DNA of 37,715 nucleotides from Nemertoderma westbladi (lineage: Eukaryota; Animalia; Xenacoelomorpha), in contig JAUCBJ010001010.1 of the NCBI GenBank assembly GCA_032718475.1, forward strand, positions 1 to 37,715, in the 5' to 3' direction. Position numbers and translations under genes: made by a program. The notes beneath the pieces are model-generated. The model did not search any database. It had not been told where the DNA came from and saw only the letters and a program-made list of their open reading frames with translations. Of this stretch, positions 1 to 7,507 are shown piece after piece (the stretch's first letter is position 1; each line of letters begins with the position of its first letter).

Positions 1-668
1 AAGATCTGGCTTGCAACTTTTGCTGCACGAAGGCTCCACTCGGGTCTGCGGCTGTGTTGATTCTACTGCGTAATACAGTAGTTTTATTTATATTTACAGC
101 TGATTTACGGAATTATTTTGAAGAATGGAAATAGCGTGAAATGTAATTCCGAGATAATTTGCTTTAAAGTTTGAACCTTCCCGCTCAAATCTGACTGTCT
201 GTAGTCTGTTAATCGGTCAGTAATGTATTGACACTATGGCTTCATACCAACTCACTAAAATTATCAATGTGGGGGTTTTCGGGGTCGGTGATTTCATTTT
301 TGATGTCAGTTTTAATGTTTGGTGGTATCTAAAATGTCTGTCTGTCATCTAAATTTTGACGAACAAACTGATTGACGGAAAGACAGCGGTAGCTCGAGAA
401 CTAAAAAAGATCTCGTCAAACCGTTTGAAGATTTGAACTCCCCATTAAATTCTGCATCAGATGAAATAAAAAACCAAAAATGTGAAAATTAACCCAAGGT
501 GGGGTACCCCCCCCCCCCCCCCCCCCCCCCCTTAATCGACCATGAGTGTTTTGGTTCGGCAAGAACATCTATCGACTTTTCTAATCCAACACCAAACTCA
601 ATAGCCACTCCAAGGAGTGTCAGACAACTGATAAAGATGTATCTGTTGCCCAATTCCAACACGATGTG

Positions 669-955
669 ATGAACAAGGGTTGCGGTAATTTAAATCATAC
701 GAAACAATGGTCTGTTGATTGTACCTTTAAGTCTGCCCCTTTGCAGCTTTATCAACTGTATATCCTTTTCTATTTAATCATAGACCGTACTGTACCTATA
801 GTCTATTCGTTTCTAGAAAGAAAAACGGAGGAGACTTACGTTTAATTATTTACCCATACCAGTATACAAATTGCAGGTGGCTCACCGCAACGAGTGACAG
901 TGGATTTCTTACCAATCGATAAGATTGAAGAAGGTCTTCAATATCCTTATTCCAA
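669..955 (+). pseudogene. Decayed, internally deleted Mutator-like (MULE) DDE transposase fragment
   Basis: My translation from 669 reads MNKGCGNLNHTKQWSVDCTFKSAPLQLYQLYILFYLIIDRTVPIVYSFLERKTEETYV*LFTH...SPQRVTVDFLPIDKIEEGLQY. This matches the MULE motifs W-x-x-DGTFK-x-x-P-x-x-FYQLY, VP-x-VY-x-L-x-x-K-x-x-x-TY and P-x-x-(I/V)-x-x-DF. There is an in-frame stop, and an apparent deletion joins DF to the downstream FLP motif. It is not in the ORF track. Confidence 0.8.
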
Positions 956-1342
956 AATTGTAACATATTACTCAACGCCGTTAGTATTAACAGCGAGTTG
1001 TTATTTAGCACTTTACAACTTTAGATGACATTGCAGCATTGTATTGGTCTGTACATTTAGTATTGTATTTGGTGTTATCAGTTAAGTAATGTCCCCTTAG
1101 TAGACATTACTTAACGCCGTCATTGGTTACCACGTAAATAATTGGTGGAAATTTGCCTGACAGCCAGATAGGCCTACTGCATTACCCACCGGCAGGCGGG
1201 GTATAGCTATTAATAACCAGTAGCTATATTATTAACATGGATCCAAACCATAAATCTACCATAAATATAAGCTAACTTATATATAACATAATTTATGTCA
1301 TTTTTACATTTATTTATACAGCAACTAATTAAATTTGTTAAA

Positions 1343-1409
1343 CGCGGGCCGAAACGTCCGGGTCAAATTGTCCGGGCCGAAACGTCCTGTGCCGAAATGT
1401 ATTGAAACC
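1343..1409. mobile_element. Probable right terminus of the MULE-like element, with 14-bp subterminal repeats
   Basis: GGGCCGAAACGTCC-GGGTCAAATTGTCC-GGGCCGAAACGTCC-TGTGCCGAAATGTATTGAAACC. Short tandem subrepeats like these are typical of animal MULE-type TIRs. It lies about 400 bp downstream of the transposase relic; no left mate is visible. Confidence 0.55.
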
Positions 1410-1644
1410 GTTTGCAATAACTGTTAACTGAAATTTAATATTCCAGGGCGTACTAAAATGAATACACAAACAGTCAACTCGGACTGGACAGTTTTTATGA
1501 CTGACACGTACTGAGCTTTATATATCTTATTCACAATTACGACGAAGAATGTTATTATTTGCTTAGAGACTCTATATAAAGTAAATAAAATGACAATGGA
1601 TATTGCATTCCAAATAGTTTTCGTTTCGGCACGAATGCTTTAAA

Positions 1645-1820
1645 GGGACCAGCCAGGGCGCATCTCTGCCTTGCATCCTTAAGTGGTAGCTAAATGAGTA
1701 CTGGTGCTTCCTCTCGGGAGTAAAGTTCTGGGGGGACCGCACTGGAAATAAGTCGTCAGACTTTGTGCGTAATCCCTGGCCTAGCGGCCGAAGAAAATTT
1801 ACGTTACTTTACCTTACTTA
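1645..1820 (+). mobile_element. 5'-truncated SINE-like fragment with a simple-repeat tail
   Basis: CTCTGCCTTGCATCCTTAAGTGGTAGCTAAATGAGTACTGG resembles the conserved central domain of invertebrate SINEs (Nin-type, from memory). It is followed by CCGCACTGGAAATAAG...TAATCCCTGG and a (TTAC[GTC])n-like tail. No tRNA head is seen. Confidence 0.4.
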
Positions 1821-1879
1821 TGTCTCAGGTAATTCTCAGTGAATCTGCAATGGAGATGAAGACTTAAAACAATATCAAA

Positions 1880-2135
1880 TTATCATCAGTGGTTGTATGT
1901 ACAGTAATGCCTTTAACGATGGTTATACGAGGGAACAGTATGTGGTTTTCAGTCTCGATTCAAGACTCTTCAAACCCATCTTAACTTTCCGTCTTTTACA
2001 AAAAAATTGAACCACTGCCTTTGACCACAATTGAAAATAATAATTTTTCCATTTGGACATTATTTTTAGGGGTGTAGCAGTAGATATAGGGTTCCAGGAT
2101 CTCCAGGTGTGTTAACTAAACATCTACAGATTATG
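1880..2135 (+). repeat. Old dispersed repeat, copy 1 (mate at ~30260-30575)
   Basis: Collinear matches to the mate: TAACGATGGTTA/TAACGCTGGTTA, GAGGGAACAGT/GAGGGGACAGT, TTCAAACC, ACCACAATT, GTTCCAGGATCTCC..GTGTGTTAA, CTACAGAT. Confidence 0.6.
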
Positions 2136-2372
2136 ATCACTTTATACCAAAGGCGATGATTTTATTCTTAGAATGAACAAGATGTTAAAATGAGATTTAT
2201 TTCAAGAAATCATTCTGTCAATATCCTCCTTGTCTAATTACAACACAATGTAGATACTGCTTAGTGCATGCAACACTACGTAACTGTAGAATTCAATAAA
2301 ACTACTGTATAACTCATAACATTGTGATTTCGTACCCCGCTGGATGGATCTCATTAGCCACACCAGATAGTT

Positions 2373-3737
2373 TTATAATATTTTAATCCCTTTCTTTAAG
2401 CCAATTTTAATTCCAGTCATCTCCCCTCCATATCTCGCTAATTCTTTAACGACATCACGAACTTGACCTTTCCTCCTTATCAACGTCCTTCTCGCCTTCA
2501 TCCTGTGTTTCACTCTGGGGTTCCTCAACTCCTTCTTCCTCTTCGGTGTTAAACCTTTATTCTTAGCCATGGTGTAAGTTATACTTCTCTTGCTATCCAC
2601 AACATCCACTTCCTCATCCTCAAACTCATTAACATCTTTAGTTTTAGATAAAACACGGTTACGAATCTTTAATGACTGTTTCTTAAGGTGTTTGTTAAGA
2701 AATTCTATAACGTCGCCGTCAACCTCATCCACAACATTATCAGCGGATTTGGGAATATTTTCTTCTTCTTCTTCCACTTCTAACTGACTCGAAGGTAAAC
2801 TTCCGACAGCCTCACGTCCCAATATGTCGGTAATTTTCCCGTTGATACCTTCTCCAACACGGTCCAACACATTAATCGAGTCCCTAAGAGAGGCTAAACG
2901 ATCGACTATCGGATGAGCTACCGTGGAAACACGAAGGGATTTCAACGAGAAATACACGGAAATATTCGTCAAATACGTTAAATATAGTTTCAAACAAGTT
3001 TCGCAGTAACTTATAATAACTGGGTTGCGGATTCGATGGCGGCGAATTAATAGAACCGCCGGGTAGAAAGTAGTTAGAAGGCTGGATAATCTAACGGTGT
3101 AATCGTTAGTTAGAGCGACAAGTTCCGGGGAATCTTTGCTTATGAGTCGGAGTTTCTGTAAGTCCGACATTTCAGATAAATCGTTGGATATATCGACGGC
3201 GTCCGTAGCATCAATAGCCTCTTCAAATGCAGCTTCGCTATGGAAGTAATCGAGTTCGAAGTCATCCGCGCCGATCTCGTTGATGAGATTCTTCTGCAGT
3301 CGAGTCGCTTCTTCTTCCTCAAGTCGAACCATCTCTTCTTCTTCTTCATCCACGACTTGATACGTCTTCGTTTTCTTCATTATAACCTTAGTGACCTCGT
3401 CTCCATGGTAATAAGAGTGTTTCTTAGAGCCCCAAGAATTCCGCTCTTCATCCCTCTCGGGTTCAACCTCCGACGATGTCTCCATAGAATCCTCGTCGCT
3501 AACCTCGGTATCTTCGCTTTCCTCTTCCATTGCGTATACCTCCTCTTCGCGGTCCGAACTTAACGCATCGCTATCGGAGTCACCCAACAGGATCTTCTCC
3601 TTGGCGTTGTGGAACTCATCCGTCTCGGTGTAGAAGAATTCCCGCGATTCCGGATCCGGTATTTCCATTTCTTCTTCTTTAGAAACTTTTGGTTTTAAAG
3701 ATCCGGATTTATTCAACTTCTTCCTTTTCCGCGCCAT
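2373..3737 (-). CDS. UTP3: Something about silencing protein 10 / UTP3 (SSU processome component), 454 aa, single coding exon
   Basis: Acidic N-terminus with WGSKKHSYY and EEEEATRLQK, a central Sas10/Utp3/C1D-type region (SPELVAL...YLTNISVYFSLK...HPIVDRL), and the Sas10 C-terminal domain KRSITYTMAKNKGLTPKRKKELRNPRVKHR...YGGEMTGIK. Confidence 0.95.
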   Translation of the reverse strand: MARKRKKLNKSGSLKPKVSKEEEMEIPDPESREFFYTETDEFHNAKEKILLGDSDSDALSSDREEEVYAMEEESEDTEVSDEDSMETSSEVEPERDEERNSWGSKKHSYYHGDEVTKVIMKKTKTYQVVDEEEEEMVRLEEEEATRLQKNLINEIGADDFELDYFHSEAAFEEAIDATDAVDISNDLSEMSDLQKLRLISKDSPELVALTNDYTVRLSSLLTTFYPAVLLIRRHRIRNPVIISYCETCLKLYLTYLTNISVYFSLKSLRVSTVAHPIVDRLASLRDSINVLDRVGEGINGKITDILGREAVGSLPSSQLEVEEEEENIPKSADNVVDEVDGDVIEFLNKHLKKQSLKIRNRVLSKTKDVNEFEDEEVDVVDSKRSITYTMAKNKGLTPKRKKELRNPRVKHRMKARRTLIRRKGQVRDVVKELARYGGEMTGIKIGLKKGIKIL

Positions 3738-3984
3738 ATTGACTGATTGATATTAATAAGCGTAGTACCGTATTAATAGGTTTATCCTATTGCAGTCAGA
3801 GCTTTATGGTTTTGAAAAACGAACGTATATTTAACGTGATGAACTACCGGTGCAACCAGACAACAGATATTATTTCCGGCTTGTATATATTAGGCCTATT
3901 ATTAATTGAAAATTAATAGTAATTATCAGTATTTGTGTCCAAACAGCGCGCACGCTGTTACTATGGTTACTGAGGATTCATTCA

Positions 3985-4323
3985 CTATTGGCCAGGTTTT
4001 AAAGGACCTTGACAGTTAATTTGTTCTAGGCTTCTAATTTGAATGGTATTGTGCCTGACAACGGCGTTTTCTATCCGTATTTCCTTGTTCATGAGAGGGA
4101 TGTTACGCGGAATCGCTTGGAATTGAACCAGGAAATATTCACCTTGTGTGTGCGAACCGGTGGATCTGTGTATACGGTAGGGTAATTTCCGGGTGCCGAT
4201 GTAGTCCAGGTTCCGAACTAAAGAACCGCGATCCAATAGTATCGAAATCACTCGATGGAGGCCCTCCTTCAGCTCCGGTCGTTGTAGGCAACGTAATACT
4301 AGTGACAATTCATAACCACGCAT
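3985..4323 (-). CDS. MRPS6: Mitochondrial ribosomal protein S6 (bS6m), 112 aa, single coding exon
   Basis: MRGYELSLVLRCLQRPELKEGLHRVISILLDRGSLVRNLDYIGTRKLPYRI...HTQGEYFLVQF matches the bS6m pattern YEL...QRPE...DRGAIVR.LE.LG.R.LPY.I...GGYFLV.F. Confidence 0.93.
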   Translation of the reverse strand: MRGYELSLVLRCLQRPELKEGLHRVISILLDRGSLVRNLDYIGTRKLPYRIHRSTGSHTQGEYFLVQFQAIPRNIPLMNKEIRIENAVVRHNTIQIRSLEQINCQGPLKPGQ

Positions 4324-4516
4324 TATTTAAAATTAAACTAGGCCAGTAATTCCGTAATTCTTATAGCGTTAACGGACCACAAACATCACATCATTATTAT
4401 TACTGTATTATGTCAGCCAGATGTTAAACACAACTTGACAACAACTACAGCCTGACTACTGTTCTGTGGACTGGCGGGCAACTGCTCACAACAAACTCAC
4501 TATCATCGGTCTGCAG

Positions 4517-5617
4517 GGGTAAATCTTTTCGACCTACGCGTAGGCCTACGCGTAGTTTGTAACTTCCATTCCTGTCATTTACCGGTAGGGCCAGACTTAC
4601 TGCCTTTTTAACAACTACGCGTAGGTGTTTTAAAACTACGCGTAGTTATTTTGGAACTACGCGTAGGTATTTTGAAACTACGCGTAGGTGCTACGCGTAG
4701 CAGTCCTGATAACAATGATTTTTCATTGCAGGTCCGGTAGGGTTGAGTTGTTAGGCAAGTATCGGTATATATCAGGTATCTGATTATCAGACAAATGTAA
4801 TAACAGAATCGGAAACTCATATCTCTACATACAGCACTGGTAATAAATAATATTCGGCTCTTTCACATACAAACACAGAGGATGAATAAAAAGTAAACTT
4901 GAAATTCACGTCTCATGATTCAAGTATCTTTGTTTCCATTGGATTATTTAAATATTGAACAGTAGTAAATATAGCGACCAGTCTACCGGTGAAGAGGTTA
5001 AGCGAAAGCTGATAAATACTGCATATAATCAAATTGTTTGGTCAAATGACAAGTGCAACCAATCATGGTAGACAATTTAGTCCCCCCCCTTCCCTTGTCA
5101 AGGGGTTAACATATTAAATACAGTATATCCTTGCCCTATCGTGAACAAAGGCAATAAAAAGCATAGAGAATCGATAAGAACCATCGGCCTATTTCCTTTG
5201 TAAACTATTTTTGAACTCTAAACATTAATTATTAACACATTTTACCGCCCGCAACGCATGAAGTGAAGAATATGTAGTTTTCGCGTATTCCTCTATATAG
5301 AGTATACAGGTATAGGATACATTACTGTTGAAAGCATGTGATGGTTGTGGGTTGTTTATTGAACATACCGTATTGTGTCTTATTTTAGTACTGACTCGCT
5401 TGGAATACGTAAGCCTACTAATGATAAACGACGTACTGACGTATAGGCATAGTTATGGGTAGCACCTATGCGTAGGTCGCGTAGGACCTACGCGTAGCAC
5501 CTACGCGTAGTTATTGTTAAAACTCTGAAACTGGTGATATATGACCCAATGTTGCGAACTACGCGTAGCTACGCGTAGCTACGCGTAGGCCTACGCGTAG
5601 GTCGAAAAGATTTACCC
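4517..5617. mobile_element. Non-autonomous DNA transposon (1101 bp) with TIRs and an 8-bp target site duplication
   Basis: The left end GGGTAAATCTTTTCGACCTACGCGTAGGCCTACGCGTAG is the exact reverse complement of the right end ending at 5617. GTCTGCAG flanks both sides (4509-4516 and 5618-5625). Many CTACGCGTAG palindromes cluster near both ends. No transposase is encoded. Confidence 0.92.
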
Positions 5618-5673
5618 GTCTGCAGGATTATATGTAATATTTCAGCAGATGGGGGGGGGGGGGGGGGGGGGGG

Positions 5674-6626
5674 CACTGTGGGGCTGAACCAGCTTTTTAT
5701 AAAAGAAAAATGCCCGGCCAAACTGATTTCATTTCTTGGGGCACTTCAACGCCCTGTTTCCAAAAATGATTTTTCAAAATCTTTTGCCGGTGTCTTTTTC
5801 TTAAAATTACTAAATAAATTAGTACTATTTATAATAATGCTACATATATTTAAAAAAATGCCCAGGCCAAATTATAGCATTTTTCGAGAATTTTAATCAA
5901 CCTGGTTCCGAATCTGTTAATTTTATAATTTTTCGTCGGTGTCTTTTACAGTAATAATATTCTAAAATAATATTAAATATATTAATATTATATAGCAGAA
6001 CTGCCTAATACTCAATTGTAGTGAATATCAACTTATCGTACTCCTATTGCACTGATATTAGTATCATTTGAACCGCAATGGTCGATTTAGTGGGTGTTGA
6101 TATCATCAAAACAATTTTGTTTTGTTTTAAAAAACATTTTGACCGATATCTCGTGAAGCAATAACTCGACCATTGTTTTGGTGGTGTCTACCCCCACTAA
6201 ATCGACCATTGCGGTTCGAATGATATTAATATCAATGCAATAGCAGTACGGTAAGTTGACTTCACTACAATTGATTATATTAGCCAGTTTGCTAATTAAT
6301 ATAATATTAATATTATTTAATATTTAATTTATTTAATTAATCTAAAAGACACCGTCGAAATATTATAAAATTAACAGATTCGAAATCAGGTTGATTGAAA
6401 TTCTCGATAGATGCTATAATTTGGTCTGGGCATTTTTTATAATATATATAGCATTATTTAAAAAAAAGGGTTACTAATTTATTTAGTAATTTTAAGAAAA
6501 AGACACCAGCAAAAGATTTTGAAAATATCAGGGTCGGAACTAGGGTGTCGTTGAAGTATACCAAAAAATGAAATAGGTTAGTTTGGGCATTTTTATTTTA
6601 TAAAATGTTGGTTCAGCCCCACCGTG
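5674..6626. mobile_element. Foldback/MITE with ~440-bp imperfect inverted arms and CAC...GTG termini (Transib/Chapaev-like)
   Basis: Starts CACTGTGGGGCTGAACC and ends GGTTCAGCCCCACCGTG. The arms pair along their length (e.g. GAACCGCAATGGTCGATTTAGTGGG / CCCACTAAATCGACCATTGCGGTTC) around a spacer of about 55 bp near 6115-6172. Both flanks are G-rich. Confidence 0.85.
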
Positions 6627-6666
6627 GGGGTCTTTCGACGCAATAATGTCATCCCTTCCCAGACGC

Positions 6667-7158
6667 AAATAACAGCTGCAGCTGATTACTCCCAAAAATG
6701 AAACTGTAACCTGTTCTATTGACTTTAGTTTATTGTCTTGGATAGAAAAACCTACCACTGTAAGCTGTTCCTTTCTTTAAATGGCTAATTTAACATTGAG
6801 GCGGGATATTCATTCGCCGAAGTGGGATTTGCTTCCAGTTTCATCCTGTCTCCATTTCAGAAATTTTCTCCCTTGGCCTCAGGGTTCTATAGTACAATCA
6901 TGCACCCAAAGGTCAGCAATAAAAGATTAAAACAACGAAATGGAAGGCGGTTTGATGTTTAGTACTGGCACCACAGTGAGACAGGTTGGGGGGGTACTGG
7001 TTGCAAATCCCAATCCCGGTGAATTAATATTCCGCCTCAATGTTAAATTATCAATTTTAAGAAAGGGGCAGGTTACAGTGGCACGTTATTTTAACCAAAC
7101 AATAAAAGAAAGCGCTATAGGTTACAGTTTTATTTTTGAAAGTAATCGGCTGTTATTT
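6667..7158. mobile_element. Degenerate MITE-like inverted repeat (arms ~6667-6840 and ~6995-7158)
   Basis: Paired segments include AAATAACAGC/GCTGTTATTT, AAACTGTAACCT/AGGTTACAGTTT, TAATTTAACATTGAGGCGG/CCGCCTCAATGTTAAATTA and GGGATTTGC/GCAAATCCC. No TSD is visible. Confidence 0.75.
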
Positions 7159-7438
7159 AATATCTTTTTAAAACCCTTTTCTAAAGATTGGAAGCAAAAT
7201 TCACCCAGTAAGAAGTCGTGAGATCAAACTATCCTTGTTTCAAATTCCATGCAATCTCACCAAGATTTGTAGGGGATTATTCAGTAGGCCATCATTGCAT
7301 TCATCATACAGTTGTATGTCCAATGTCTGTATGTATTAAGGATATATACTATACTACAGGTAAGCCTATACTGTATAACCATGCTGATGATATGGTACTG
7401 TACTGTAACTGTACTGTAATTATTATTATTACACAGAA

Positions 7439-7499
7439 GTAAGTAACCTTATGCTCTATCTCTGTATCTGCCTATTACAAAAAAACGCATATCTTTTAG
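7439..7499 (+). other. Probable 5'-UTR intron (or splice acceptor) immediately upstream of calpain-7
   Basis: GTAAGT donor at 7439 (alternative CAG|GTAAGC at 7360) and TCTTTTAG acceptor ending at 7499, 8 nt before the ATG at 7508. Confidence 0.55.
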
Positions 7500-7507
7500 A
7501 TATAAAT

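Noticed and set aside
1-70. Possible minus-strand exon (TTACGCAG| then open frames) of a host gene enclosing the cluster
   Set aside because: It is too short and truncated by the window edge, and the peptide is not recognisable.
160-505. MITE-like sequence (GGGGTTTTCGGGGTCGGTGATTTC; CACTATGG)
   Set aside because: It looks repeat-derived, but no paired termini or TSD could be defined.
7437-7438. 2-nt micro-exon between the AG at 7436 and the GT at 7439
   Set aside because: Alternative donor use explains the signals more simply, and it is untestable without RNA data.
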